A stretch of DNA of 64,000 nt from an uncultured Planctomycetota bacterium (GCA_963849325.1 CAWKHF010000007.1:576001-640000); one strand, 5' to 3'; counted from the stretch's first letter, positions 22,359 to 32,405 are shown. Translations and numbers: made by a program. The notes: generated from the letters alone by a model not told the origin.

Positions 22359-22772
22359 ATGACCCGACGCTCTCGTGCCCGTGAAGTGGCCTTGCAACTG
22401 CTCTTCCAACGCGACCTCAACGCACGGATCGACCGCGCCGTCCTGGAACGCTTTGTCCGCGACCGCCTGCGCGACGACGGCCTGGTATCGTTCTGTCTCG
22501 TCTTGTACGACGGCGTCATCGCCCAGCAGACTGACATCGATCGCCGCTTGAGCGAGGCGGCCGAAAACTGGCGCCTGGTCCGCATGGCCGCCGTCGATCG
22601 CAACGTCCTCCGCCTGGGCGCGTACGAACTGCTGCACACACCCGACACGCCGCCCAACGTCGCCCTCGATGAGGCGATCGAGCTGGCGCGGCGCTACGGT
22701 TCGGCCGACTCGCCCGCCTTCGTCAATGGCGTCCTGGACCATCTGCGTCCGCCCTCCCCTTCCCCCGCGTGA
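22359..22772 (+). CDS. nusB: Transcription antitermination factor NusB
   Basis: RRSRAREVALQLLF, VDRNVLRLG, DEAIELARRYG, FVNGVLD. Confidence 0.95.
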   Translation: MTRRSRAREVALQLLFQRDLNARIDRAVLERFVRDRLRDDGLVSFCLVLYDGVIAQQTDIDRRLSEAAENWRLVRMAAVDRNVLRLGAYELLHTPDTPPNVALDEAIELARRYGSADSPAFVNGVLDHLRPPSPSPA

Positions 22773-22774
22773 CG

Positions 22775-23637
22775 ATGCCGGCCGGACAACCCTTTACCTC
22801 TCTGTGTCAGCTCGCCGCTCGCGGCCGTCACGCCGGCCGCGTCGATCTGCACGTCCACACCACGCACAGCGACGGCACCTACACGCCGGCGCAGGTCGTC
22901 GATCTCGCCCGCCGTGCCGGCCTGGCCGCCCTCGCTATCACCGATCACGACGCCCTCGGCGGCGTGTCCGTGGCCGTCAATGCCGCAGCCGGTTCCCCCG
23001 TGGAGATCGTGCCCGGCGTCGAGATCACGACCGAATATCGACAGCGCGAGCTGCACTTACTGGCGTACTTCGTCGTCCTGGATCACGCGGGGTTATCGGC
23101 CGCTCTCGAAGACATCCGCCGTCATCGCGTCGAGCGCTTCCGCGAGATGGTCGAGCGCTTGCGCGGCTGCGGCGTGTCCCTTGAGGGAGAGGAGCAGCGT
23201 TTCCACGGCTCGACCGAGGCGCTGGGCCGGCGGCATCTCGCCGAGATGCTGGTCCGCGCGCGCCGGGTGACGACGGTGCGCGAAGCGTTCCAGCGTTACC
23301 TCGGCGACAGGGGCAGCGTGGCCGTGCCGAAGAAACGGCTGCCGGTGGATGAGGCGCTGGCCCTGGTCGGCGATGCCGGCGGCGTTGCGGCGTGGGCGCA
23401 CCCGCCTTATGATTGCACTCAGGAGAACCTCGCCGAACTTCACGGACTCGGGCTGGGGGCGGTCGAGGTCGAATATCCCGACGTGCGCCGCGCGCGCTGC
23501 TGGAACTGCGGGGCTGGGCGGGGCGGCTGGGCCTGGCCGTGACCGGCGGCAGTGATTGCCACGGGCCGGGACGGCGCGGCGTCGGGACGTGTACGGTGTC
23601 CGCCGACGAGTTCGGCCGACTCCGCCAACGGATTTGA
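22775..23637 (+). CDS. PHP-domain phosphoesterase (TrpH/YciV-like), frameshift near 23490
   Basis: DLHVHTTHSDG, ITDHD, GVEI, HLL, AHP; TGGSDCHG in the second frame. Confidence 0.9.
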
Positions 23638-23640
23638 GGG

Positions 23641-23780
23641 GAACAAGAAGAGCCTCACGCAAAGGCGCAAAGAACGCAAAGAAAGACGAGATAAAGAACG
23701 ACAAGATAGATGAGGGCCGACTCTTTTTTCCTGCGTTTTCTTTGCGTTCTTTGCGCCTTTGCGTGAGGCTCTTCTTGTTC
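23641..23780. repeat. Inverted 9-mer tandem cassette (CGCAAAGRM)3 with 44-bp perfect arms
   Basis: GAACAAGAAGAGCCTCACGCAAAGGCGCAAAGAACGCAAAGAAA and its exact reverse complement. Confidence 0.95.
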
Positions 23781-23798
23781 GATTCATCGAGGTAGGAC

Positions 23799-24707
23799 AT
23801 GGTTTTCCGCGCCTTTTTCGAGAAGCTCAAAGCCGGATTGACCAAGACGCGCGGCGTCTTCTCCGGCATCGCTTCGCTGTTCCGCCTGCGCGGCAAGGTG
23901 GACCGCGATTTCCTCAGCGAGCTGGAGAAACGCCTGTACCTGGCCGACGTCGGCACCGCCGCCACCAGCGAAATCATCGACAAGGTCCGCCAGTCCTTCC
24001 TCGACAAGGACATCACCGGCGACGTCGAGGCGTTCGTCAAGCAGCAGCTGAAGGACATGCTCACGACCGGCGAGGGGCTGCGCTACAGTGCGAACGGGCC
24101 GACGGTGGTGATGGTGGCCGGCGTCAACGGCTCGGGCAAAACGACGTCGATCGCCAAGCTGGCGCGACGGCTCCAGCAGGACGGTAAGAAAGTCCTCGTC
24201 GCTGCCTGCGATACCTTCCGCGCCGCGGCGGTCGAGCAGCTGACCATCTGGAGCGAGCGCATCGGCTGCGAGATCGTCAAGAATCAGCAGGGCAGCGACC
24301 CCGCCAGTGTGGCCCACGATGCCTGCGAGCGGGCCAAGGCGCGCGGCTTCGACGTGCTCATCGTGGACACCGCCGGCCGACTGCACACGCAGACCCACCT
24401 GATGCGCGAGCTGGAGAAGATCCATCGCGTCGTGACCCGACAGATCGAGGGGGCGCCGCACGAGGTGCTGCTGGTGCTCGACGCCACCACCGGCCAGAAC
24501 GCCATCGCCCAGGCGGAGAACTTCAAGAAGACGGTGCAGTGCAGCGGCATCATCCTGGCCAAGCTCGACGGCACCGCCAAGGGCGGCGCCATCTTCGCCA
24601 TCAAGCAGAAGCTCGGTCTGCCGGTCAAGTTCGTCGGCGTCGGCGAGAAGCTCGACGACCTCGAACCGTTCGACCCCGATTCCTACGTCGAAGCCCTGTT
24701 TAGCTGA
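23799..24707 (+). CDS. ftsY: Signal recognition particle receptor FtsY
   Basis: GVNGSGKTT, DTFRAAA, DTAGRL, DATTGQN, KLDGTAKGG. Confidence 0.97.
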   Translation: MVFRAFFEKLKAGLTKTRGVFSGIASLFRLRGKVDRDFLSELEKRLYLADVGTAATSEIIDKVRQSFLDKDITGDVEAFVKQQLKDMLTTGEGLRYSANGPTVVMVAGVNGSGKTTSIAKLARRLQQDGKKVLVAACDTFRAAAVEQLTIWSERIGCEIVKNQQGSDPASVAHDACERAKARGFDVLIVDTAGRLHTQTHLMRELEKIHRVVTRQIEGAPHEVLLVLDATTGQNAIAQAENFKKTVQCSGIILAKLDGTAKGGAIFAIKQKLGLPVKFVGVGEKLDDLEPFDPDSYVEALFS

Positions 24708-24756
24708 GCCGCGACCGTCAGGGAGCGCTGCTCCCCGCTCCCTGACGGTCGCGGCT
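24706..24756. repeat. REP-like palindrome, family A
   Basis: GAGCCGCGACCGTCAGGGAGCG...CGCTCCCTGACGGTCGCGGCT overlapping the ftsY stop. Confidence 0.95.
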
Positions 24757-24915
24757 GGGTTCGGGTTCTGTATTGACAACCAGCGCACCGGATCGCTACA
24801 ACTCCTCCCCTTCGTTGGATGTCTGTTGCCTTGCCGCGCTCTCTTTCGGGTCCGGGGTGTGCAACCCGCGGGACCGCGAAGGGAGGGTTCGCGTCGAGGA
24901 CAAGGGGGCGCGAGG

Positions 24916-25776
24916 ATGGGGCAACCGTGTCAAGGCGCGGAATGGGCGAAGCGCGGCTGGCAGGCAACCTTCTTGCTGCTGGGCCTGGCCGCCGGCTGCG
25001 GTACCGCGCGCGTCAGCGACACGACGCGCACGGCCACCGAACAACTGTTGATCTCCCACTCCATCGACAACACGGTCTCCAAGCTCGATTTCCGCATCCT
25101 GAACGGGAAAAAAGTCTATCTCGATCCGCAATATCTGGATGGCGTGACGGACAAGGGCTACCTCATCAGTTCGCTGCGGCAGCACTTGCTGGCGTGTGGC
25201 TGCCTGTTGCAGGAAGAGCGGAAGAATGCTGGCTACGTGGTGGAAGCGCGGGCCGGCAGCGTCGGCACGGATCGCAACGACATGCTCGTCGGCGTGCCCC
25301 AGATGATGATCCCCTCGTTCATGCCGGGCATCCCCGGCGGCATGATCCCGGAAATCGCGGTGGCCAAGAAGACCAACCGCCGCGCCGTCGCCAAGATCGC
25401 CGTGTTCGCTTACAACCGGGTCAACGGCGAACCCGTCTGGCAATCCGGCGTCCTCGAAGCGGTCGCCAGCGAACGCAACAGTTGGCTGTGCGGCACCGGC
25501 CCCTTCCAGCGCGGCACCCTGATCCAGGGCACCGCGTTTGACGACCAGCGCATCGTCGTGCCGGTGCTCGATAAGCAAAGCCACGAGCCGACCTACGCGG
25601 TGGTTTCCGTGACGCAGCCCGCCTGCTGGCGATCCGGCCCGCTGCCCGACGCGGACCCCAATCCGCCGAAAACGAAACCGGCGCGCGAACCGAACGCCCC
25701 CGCCGGCGACAGCAAGGTGGTTCAGGCGTCCGACGCCCCGCCCAGTTCCGATCCGGCGGCGGAGAAGTCCGAGTAG
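24916..25776 (+). CDS. Lipoprotein of unknown function
   Basis: LAAGC lipobox, RTATEQLLIS, RAGSVGTD; TTGACA-N18-TACAAC upstream; start uncertain. Confidence 0.75.
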   Translation: MGQPCQGAEWAKRGWQATFLLLGLAAGCGTARVSDTTRTATEQLLISHSIDNTVSKLDFRILNGKKVYLDPQYLDGVTDKGYLISSLRQHLLACGCLLQEERKNAGYVVEARAGSVGTDRNDMLVGVPQMMIPSFMPGIPGGMIPEIAVAKKTNRRAVAKIAVFAYNRVNGEPVWQSGVLEAVASERNSWLCGTGPFQRGTLIQGTAFDDQRIVVPVLDKQSHEPTYAVVSVTQPACWRSGPLPDADPNPPKTKPAREPNAPAGDSKVVQASDAPPSSDPAAEKSE

Positions 25777-25857
25777 GCGCTGCGTTCGCTTTTTTCGTCG
25801 TTATGCCCTATCTTTTCCTTGTTCGGCGGAACGAGGTACAGGGGAGGATCGCCGCGC

Positions 25858-26808
25858 ATGAGCGACATCTGCCTGGTGACGGGAGGAGCGGGGTTTATCG
25901 GCTCGCACCTGGTTGAATCGCTGGTTCGGCAGGGCCGGCGCGTGCGCGTGCTCGACGACTTCAGCACGGGCCTGCGCGCCAACCTGGTACACGTCCATCC
26001 GGGGCCGGAGATCGTCGAGGGCGACGTCGCCGACGCCGCCGCGGTGCAGCGAGCGACGAACGGCGTCGGCATGGTCTTCCACTTAGCCGCGTTGGCCTCG
26101 GTGCAGCGCAGCGTCGAGGCGCCCGGCGACACGCATCGCGTCTGCGCCACCGGCACCCTTCACGTCCTCGACGCCGCCCGCCGCGCCGGCGTGCGCCGCG
26201 TCGTCTACGCCGCCAGCAGCAGCGCCTACGGCATTCCCGCCGGCGAGGTGCAGAGCGAAGACGATCCCGTCCAGCCACTGTCGCCCTACGCTGCCGCCAA
26301 GCTGGCCGGCGAGCTGTACGCCCAGTCCTTCACCGCCGCCTATGGCCTGGAGACGGTACGGCTGCGGTTCTTCAACATCTTCGGCCCGCGTCAGCGGGCG
26401 GACAGTCCCTATTCGGGCGTGATCGCCCTGTTTACCGCGGCGCTGACGGCGGGGCGGACGCCAAGCATCTACGGCGATGGCCTGCAATCGCGCGATTTCA
26501 CGTTCGTCACCGATGTGGTGCAAGCCCTGACGCGGGCCGCCGACGCCCCCAACGCATCGGGGCAGGTTTACAACATCGGCACGGGCCGCGGCACCAACCT
26601 GCTCGACCTGGTTGCGGCCCTCAATCGACAACTCGGCACGAACATTGCGCCGCGACACGCTCCCGCTCGCCTCGGCGACGTGCGCCATTCCCGCGCCGAT
26701 ATCTCCCGTGCCCGCCGGGATCTGGGCTTCGAGCCGGTCGTCCCCTTCGAGGACGGTCTCGCCCAAACGTTGCGCTGGTATCGCCAACAGTCAGGGCCGC
26801 GATCATGA
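25858..26808 (+). CDS. NAD-dependent epimerase/dehydratase (UDP-glucose 4-epimerase-like)
   Basis: TGGAGFIGS, ASSS, YAAAK, RFFNIFGPRQ, GDGLQSRDF. Confidence 0.93.
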   Translation: MSDICLVTGGAGFIGSHLVESLVRQGRRVRVLDDFSTGLRANLVHVHPGPEIVEGDVADAAAVQRATNGVGMVFHLAALASVQRSVEAPGDTHRVCATGTLHVLDAARRAGVRRVVYAASSSAYGIPAGEVQSEDDPVQPLSPYAAAKLAGELYAQSFTAAYGLETVRLRFFNIFGPRQRADSPYSGVIALFTAALTAGRTPSIYGDGLQSRDFTFVTDVVQALTRAADAPNASGQVYNIGTGRGTNLLDLVAALNRQLGTNIAPRHAPARLGDVRHSRADISRARRDLGFEPVVPFEDGLAQTLRWYRQQSGPRS

Positions 26809-26846
26809 GGAGTGGTTTGGCACCGCTTCCTCACGGTCGCGGCTCC
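26794..26846. repeat. Degenerate family A palindrome
   Basis: GGGCCGCGATCATGAGGAGTGG...CCGCTTCCTCACGGTCGCGGCTC. Confidence 0.65.
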
Positions 26847-26972
26847 GAACCAGGCCTGATGCTCACCCGCAGGACTTCCTGCCTGCTCTTGTGCTTTCCG
26901 GCCGAAAACGGTATAGCCGCATCGTCTCGGTTTGCGCGCGTGGCGACGTTAGACAGGTCAGGAGGACCGCGA

Positions 26973-28061
26973 ATGCCCATCCTGGAAGCGCGAGGACTGG
27001 TGAAGTATTACGGCCGGCGGAAGGTCGTGGACGGCGTCAATTTCGAGGTCGATGTTGGCGAGGTCGTCGGTTTGCTCGGACCGAACGGCGCCGGCAAGAC
27101 GACCAGCTTTCGCATGACCACCGGACAGGTGACCCCCAACGAGGGCAAGGTCTTTTTCGCCGGCCACGAAGTTACGCGCCTGCCCATGTACCGGCGTGCT
27201 CGCCTCGGTATGGGCTACCTGGCCCAGGAAACCAGCGTCTTCCGCAAGCTGACCGTCGAGCAGAACATCCTCGCTATCCTCGAAGCGATCCCGGCCTATC
27301 GCAGCCTCGGCCGCAAGCTCAGCAAGGCCGAACGCTTTCAGAAGACCGACGAGGTGCTGGAGAAATTCGGACTCAGCCATCTGCGCAAGAACAACGCCGC
27401 CCGCCTGTCCGGCGGCGAGAAGCGCCGGCTCGAAATCGCCCGCTGCCTCGTCTGCGATCCACTGCTCATCCTGCTCGACGAGCCGTTCACCGGCATCGAT
27501 CCGCAGACCATTGAGGACATCCAGCACATCGTCCGCGGCCTACGCGACGAGGGCATCGGCATCCTGGTGACCGACCATCGGGTGCGCGAAATTCTCACGA
27601 TTACGGATCGCAGTTATCTCATCAAGGGCGGCCGCGTCGTCACGCACGGCACGCCGCAACAGATCGTCCGCGACCCCATCGCCATCAGCGAGTACCTGGG
27701 CAACAGCTTCACCGACGACGCCCTGGCCCGCTCGGCGGCCGTTCCCGGCGAACCACCGCCTCCGCCGGCCGTCCAGGCCATTCACCAGGTCGTGGAACGC
27801 GAGAAGGTACACCGTCTCATCGATCGCCTGCAGGCCAACGATGCGACCGCTGTCGCCGAGTTGCTCCAGCACGGCGCCGGCGCCATTCCCACTCTGCTCG
27901 AAGCGCTGGAACGCCGAGATGTCGAGCTGCGCCGTCAGGCCTTCGAGGTGTTGCAGCGCCTGCTCGGCGGTCACGCCGAATTCGACCCCTACGCGCCGGA
28001 AGCACAACGGAGACAGCAGATCGCCCATTTGCGCGAACGTACCGAGCGCAAGGCGGGTTGA
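26973..28061 (+). CDS. lptB: LPS export ABC ATPase LptB with C-terminal HEAT-like extension
   Basis: GPNGAGKTT, LPMYRRARLGMGYLAQE, LSGGEKRR, LLDEPFTGIDP, TDH, YLG; about 110 extra residues. Confidence 0.9.
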   Translation: MPILEARGLVKYYGRRKVVDGVNFEVDVGEVVGLLGPNGAGKTTSFRMTTGQVTPNEGKVFFAGHEVTRLPMYRRARLGMGYLAQETSVFRKLTVEQNILAILEAIPAYRSLGRKLSKAERFQKTDEVLEKFGLSHLRKNNAARLSGGEKRRLEIARCLVCDPLLILLDEPFTGIDPQTIEDIQHIVRGLRDEGIGILVTDHRVREILTITDRSYLIKGGRVVTHGTPQQIVRDPIAISEYLGNSFTDDALARSAAVPGEPPPPPAVQAIHQVVEREKVHRLIDRLQANDATAVAELLQHGAGAIPTLLEALERRDVELRRQAFEVLQRLLGGHAEFDPYAPEAQRRQQIAHLRERTERKAG

Positions 28062-28107
28062 CAACGGCCGTGCCATCTGTCATTTCCACAGAGGAATTCT
28101 TTTTTCA

Positions 28108-28164
28108 CCAGCCCGGAGCGTCAGCGACGGGTTACGCCAACCCGTCGCTTGCGCTCCGGGCTGG
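28108..28164. repeat. REP-like palindrome (family A variant)
   Basis: CCAGCCCGGAGCGTCAGCGACGGGTT...AACCCGTCGCTTGCGCTCCGGGCTGG. Confidence 0.9.
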
Positions 28165-28181
28165 CGGCCGCGAGGTACACC

Positions 28182-28661
28182 ATGAGTACGAACCTGACGT
28201 CCTTGCTCGACAACTATCTCGACGGGCCGCGACTGGTCCGCGAGGCTGTCCGCGGCCTGGACCGGACCCAGCTGCTGGCCCGACCCGTCGCCGGCAAGTG
28301 GAGCACGCTGGAAGTCGTCTGCCATCTCGCCGACTTCGAGCCGATCCTGGCTGACCGCATGAAGCGCATCCTCGCGGAGGAGCGACCGCAACTCCTCGGC
28401 GCCGACGAAGCCCGTTTCGCGGCCGCACTGGCCTATCACGAGCGCGAACTGGAAGAAGAGCTGGCGATCATTGAGCATACGCGGTCGCAGATGGCGCGTA
28501 TCCTGCGCACGATGCCGGTCGAGGCGCTGCGACGTGTCGGGGTGCATAGCGAGCGCGGCCCGCTTACCCTGGAACAACTCTTGACCGGCGCCGTCAGCCA
28601 CATCCCGCATCACGTCCGGTTCATCTACGAGAAGCGCCAGGCGCTGGGTTTGCCGGCGTGA
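28182..28661 (+). CDS. DinB/YfiT family protein
   Basis: GKWSTLEVVCHLADFE, ILAEERP, HSERG, HIPHH. Confidence 0.9.
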   Translation: MSTNLTSLLDNYLDGPRLVREAVRGLDRTQLLARPVAGKWSTLEVVCHLADFEPILADRMKRILAEERPQLLGADEARFAAALAYHERELEEELAIIEHTRSQMARILRTMPVEALRRVGVHSERGPLTLEQLLTGAVSHIPHHVRFIYEKRQALGLPA

Positions 28662-28693
28662 ACAGGGCCGCGAAGAAGTTGTTTCCCCACCAA

Positions 28694-28741
28694 CCCGGAG
28701 CGTCCGCGACGAGTTCGCCTACCTCGTCGCGGACGCTCCGG
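28694..28741. repeat. REP-like palindrome (family A variant)
   Basis: CCGGAGCGTCCGCGACGAG...CTCGTCGCGGACGCTCCGG. Confidence 0.85.
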
Positions 28742-28943
28742 ACGGGTAGGAAAATCGCCGCGAAAAGGGGGACCGGGCGGCTCGTTTTCGCCGCCCCGAC
28801 ATGCCCATAAAAATCTATCCTGTAAAGGTTTTCGGATAGCTTGACGAGTCGTCTCAATTTTTCTACGAAGAGAATACCTTGGGGCGTCCCGGGGCGGCGG
28901 ACGCTGCCTTGGCCGCACCGTTGGGGTCTGGGCCGCAGAAAGA

Positions 28944-29047
28944 CGGTTCACGCCGATAATACGGCTGACCGACGCGAAAATCCTCCACGGCCCGCTGGCC
29001 GTGGTCGTATGAAAACACAGGTCCACGCCGATAAGACGGGGGACCGG
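28944..29047 (+). promoter_or_regulatory. Two tandem hairpins/direct repeats containing CACGCCGATAA (candidate cis-RNA motif or sigma28-type -10 boxes)
   Basis: GGTTCACGCCGATAATACGGCTGACCG (28945) and GGTCCACGCCGATAAGACGGGGGACCG (29020). Confidence 0.55.
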
Positions 29048-29096
29048 CAGGATGCGTCCCTCCGCTTGTGGCATTCTCTTGATCGAGGACATTCCG

Positions 29097-29450
29097 ATGT
29101 TCGCTGGCAAACTGTTGATCCCATCCTGGTTGGAGGCGGAAACGGAGGCGCCCGAAGGGCTGCCGCCCGGCCTCGATCCCGCCCCGGTCTACGCGATCCG
29201 CTCCCGCGATGAGGAGGAGGACGAGGACGAAGAGGACGACGACGACCTGGACGACGACGACGACGACCTCGACGATGACGAGGACTTCGACGACGACCTC
29301 GATGACGACGAGGACTTCGACGACGACGAGGACTTCGACGACGACGAGGACTTCGACGACGAGGACTTCGACGACGAGGACGTCGATGACGATGACCTCG
29401 ACGACGACGAGGATGAGGACGAAGAGGATATCGACGACGAGGGCGTCTGA
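29097..29450 (+). CDS. Small extremely acidic low-complexity protein (poly-D/E with periodic F/L)
   Basis: GAGG RBS plus ATG; last ~80 codons almost all GAC/GAG/GAT; followed by a palindrome. Confidence 0.7.
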   Translation: MFAGKLLIPSWLEAETEAPEGLPPGLDPAPVYAIRSRDEEEDEDEEDDDDLDDDDDDLDDDEDFDDDLDDDEDFDDDEDFDDDEDFDDEDFDDEDVDDDDLDDDEDEDEEDIDDEGV

Positions 29451-29465
29451 GAATCGATTCCCCAA

Positions 29466-29513
29466 GCCGCTTGCGGCTTAGCGTGTGCCGCCGCCCGCTA
29501 AGCCGCAAGCGGC
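29466..29513. repeat. REPIN-like palindrome, family C (GCCGCTTGCGGCTTAGCG)
   Basis: Inverted arms, each with an internal GCCGC-TT-GCGGC hairpin. Confidence 0.9.
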
Positions 29514-29672
29514 CGCGAAGGACTTTCTTCCGATTCGGCCCTGTCGAGACGGCGCGACATCCTTTGCACTTCCTTCGACTCCGGTTATAATCAGAAACGA
29601 ACTGGGAACGGGGGCGTCCACCCGTGCGAGGGTTCATCTCCTCGCCCGACCGGACCATGCAGGGGGAAGCCA

Positions 29673-30110
29673 ATGGCGCAATCAGGCAAGCACTTCAATG
29701 ACGGGCCCGAGTCTTCTTCCACCACCGGCCAGCCGTCGGCTCGCGTGCCCGATCAGCACCAGCTGGATTTCGAGCTGGAATTCTTCGAGGCTGTCCTCGG
29801 CCGTTGCCCCGACTATGTCGATGTCTTGCGCATCATGGGCAACCTGCTGACGCTCAAGGGGCGTTTCGCCGACGGTCTGCAGATCGACAAGCGCCTGGTG
29901 CAGCTGCGGCCCAACGACGCGCTGGCGCACTACAACCTCGCTTGCAGTTACGCCCTGCTGAAGCGGCCCGAGCAATCGCTCAAGACCCTGCGCCGCGCCG
30001 TCGAGCTGGGCTACCGCGACTTCCGTTACATGAAGGAAGATCACGACCTCGACTCGATTCGCCACGACCCGCGTTTCCGGCAATTGCTCCGGGAATACGA
30101 GAAGCGCTAG
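29673..30110 (+). CDS. TPR-repeat protein
   Basis: AHYNLACSYALL, LRRAVELGY, DHDLDSIRHDPRF; TTGCAC-N16-TATAAT upstream at 29564-29591. Confidence 0.88.
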   Translation: MAQSGKHFNDGPESSSTTGQPSARVPDQHQLDFELEFFEAVLGRCPDYVDVLRIMGNLLTLKGRFADGLQIDKRLVQLRPNDALAHYNLACSYALLKRPEQSLKTLRRAVELGYRDFRYMKEDHDLDSIRHDPRFRQLLREYEKR

Positions 30111-30164
30111 AGAACGATCGGCAATCCGCAAGGACGAAGGATTCCGGATCGCTGAGAGCTGTTC

Positions 30165-31173
30165 ATGGACATCCTCTCCCGGGGTGACGGTGCCCTGTTT
30201 GGCGATCCGTCCGCGGACCACGCTCGCCAATTCTTCGCCGCCAAGCCGCGAGCTTTGCTCGACAAGGTCATGACCGTGGCCGACGCCGTGCGGCGGTTCG
30301 TCCACGACGGCGATTACTTCGCCAGCGGCGGCTTCGGCTGCGCCCGCATTCCGACGGCCGTGCTGCACGAGCTGCTGCGCCAGGGCCGGCAGCGTCTGCG
30401 CTTCGCCGGCCACACGGCGACGCACGACTTTCAGATTTTGCTGCGCCGGCAACGGCCTGGGACGCGGGCAGACGTTGGCGGCGGTGGACATCGCCTACGT
30501 CGTCGGCCTGGAAGCGCGCGGCCTGTCGCCGCAGGCGCGGCGCGTCATGGAGTCGGGTGAGGTCGCCTGCACGGAGTGGACGAATTACACTCTGGCCGTG
30601 CGCTTCAAGGCGGCGGCGATGGGCGTGCCCTTTTTGCCGGTGCGCTCCCTGCTCGGCACGGACACCTTTCGCCACAGCGCCGCCTGCGCCGTCGCCTGCC
30701 CGTTCAGCGGCGCGACGGTGGCGCTGGTGCCGGCCCTGTACCCCGACGTGGCGGCCATCCACGTCCATGAAGCGGATCGCTACGGCAACTGCCGTATCCG
30801 CGGCACCACCGTCGCCGATCTCGACCTGGCGCGGGCGGCCAAGCGGCTGATCGTCACCTGCGAACGCCTCATCCCCAGCGACGACATCCGCCAAGACCCC
30901 AGCCGCACCGTCATCCCGTTCTTCTGTGTCGATGCCGTCTGCGAGGTGCCCTTCGGCAGCTATCCCGGCAACATGCCGTATGAGTATTTCTCCGACGAGG
31001 AGCACCTTCGCCGCTGGCTGGACGTCGAGAAGGACGTGGACACGTTCCGGGACTTTCTGGAGACGCACATCTACGGCGTGCGCGATTTCACGGAGTACGT
31101 GCAGCGCTGCGGCGGCCTGGCGCGCCTACAAGAACTGCGACGTCACGAGTTCTTGTTGCATCGAGGTCTGTAG
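30165..31173 (+). CDS. CoA-transferase subunit A (glutaconate CoA-transferase GctA-like), frameshift near 30445
   Basis: DKVMTVADAV, SGGFG, AAAMGVPFLP, PDVAAIHVHEADRYGN. Confidence 0.88.
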
Positions 31174-31178
31174 TTGAT

Positions 31179-31235
31179 CCGAGCCGCGAGCGTCAGCGAG
31201 GGGGGCAGGTCCGCTCGCTGACGCTCGCGGCTCGG
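31179..31235. repeat. REP-like palindrome (family A variant)
   Basis: CCGAGCCGCGAGCGTCAGCGAG...CTCGCTGACGCTCGCGGCTCGG between the CoA-transferase subunits. Confidence 0.92.
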
Positions 31236-31249
31236 CAGGGAACGTTGTC

Positions 31250-32023
31250 ATGTCCGCCGCCTACAACGCGATGGAATTGATGATCTGCTGTGCCGCGCGT
31301 CTGCTGGAGGATGGGCGGACGGCGGCGGTCGGCACCGGCGTGCCGTGCGCCGCCGCCATGCTGGCCCAGCGTACCCATGCTCCGCACCTGGTCATCCTCT
31401 TCGAGGCCGGTGGCGTCGCGCCGCAGTTGCCGACCATGCCCATTAGCGTCGGTGATTCGCGCTCCTTCCACCGTGCCGTGATGGCCACCAGCATGGCCGA
31501 CATTATGGAGACCTGCCAACGCGGTCTGATCGATTACACCTTCCTCGGCGGCGCCCAGATCGACGCCTACGGCAACCTCAATTCCACCTTGATCGGTGGC
31601 GATTACGTCCGGCCGAAGGTGCGTCTGCCGGGCAGCGGCGGAGCTAATGACCTCGCCTCGTTCTGCTGGCGCATCTTCGTCGTCACCAACCACGACCGTC
31701 GCCGTTTCGTTGAGAAGCTCGATTTCCTGACGACGCCGGGCTACTTGACCGGCCCCGGCGCCCGCGAGGCCGCCGGTTTGTCGCCGGGCGCCGGACCTTA
31801 CCGCGTCATCACGGACCTGGCCGTGATGGGCTACGACGACCAGACCAAGCGCATGCAGGTACACAGCCTGCACCCCGGCGTCACGCTCGAACAGGTCCGC
31901 GCCGCCACCGGCTTCGAGTTGGGCGTCTGCGAGACGCTGGCCGTCACCGAGCCGCCTACGCCGGAGGAACTCCTCATTCTGCGCGAAGAAGTCGATCCCC
32001 ATCGCTACGTACTTGGTCGATAG
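31250..32023 (+). CDS. CoA-transferase subunit B (GctB-like)
   Basis: VGTGVP, FEAG, FLGGAQIDAYGNLN, RLPGSGG, SLHPGV. Confidence 0.92.
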   Translation: MSAAYNAMELMICCAARLLEDGRTAAVGTGVPCAAAMLAQRTHAPHLVILFEAGGVAPQLPTMPISVGDSRSFHRAVMATSMADIMETCQRGLIDYTFLGGAQIDAYGNLNSTLIGGDYVRPKVRLPGSGGANDLASFCWRIFVVTNHDRRRFVEKLDFLTTPGYLTGPGAREAAGLSPGAGPYRVITDLAVMGYDDQTKRMQVHSLHPGVTLEQVRAATGFELGVCETLAVTEPPTPEELLILREEVDPHRYVLGR

Positions 32024-32405
32024 CCACAAAAGTTCTCGAATAAGTCTTCGATACAACCGAGGCGAGATGTGAAATAAGAATGAATCTCACCACTCTCCCT
32101 GGACGAATCGGGCCGCACATCATAAGAATATTTCGGTTGCCTAACTCAACTCGGGAGCGCAGAAACTACACGTTAGAATAGTCCCTCGGGATGCGATCGC
32201 CGCGAACGTCTTCGCGGCGATGTTTCGGCTGGCGCGATCATTGCGGCAGAGGAGCGATCTATCGCTTCCGCCCCGGCGCAACTCACGGAGGGCGGCCCCG
32301 TTCGAGGCTACCCCACCAACCGAAGGGACGGGCGAGCATGACACGGGTTGCCAACAGAGTGACGAGTCGATCTCGTCGCGGATTTTCCTACTTTAAGGAG
32401 ATGTT

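Noticed and set aside
28863-29465. Poly-Val minus-strand ORF and poly-Thr/Arg alternative frames
   Set aside because: Alternative readings of the GAC-rich acidic gene; only the D/E frame has a good RBS and codon usage
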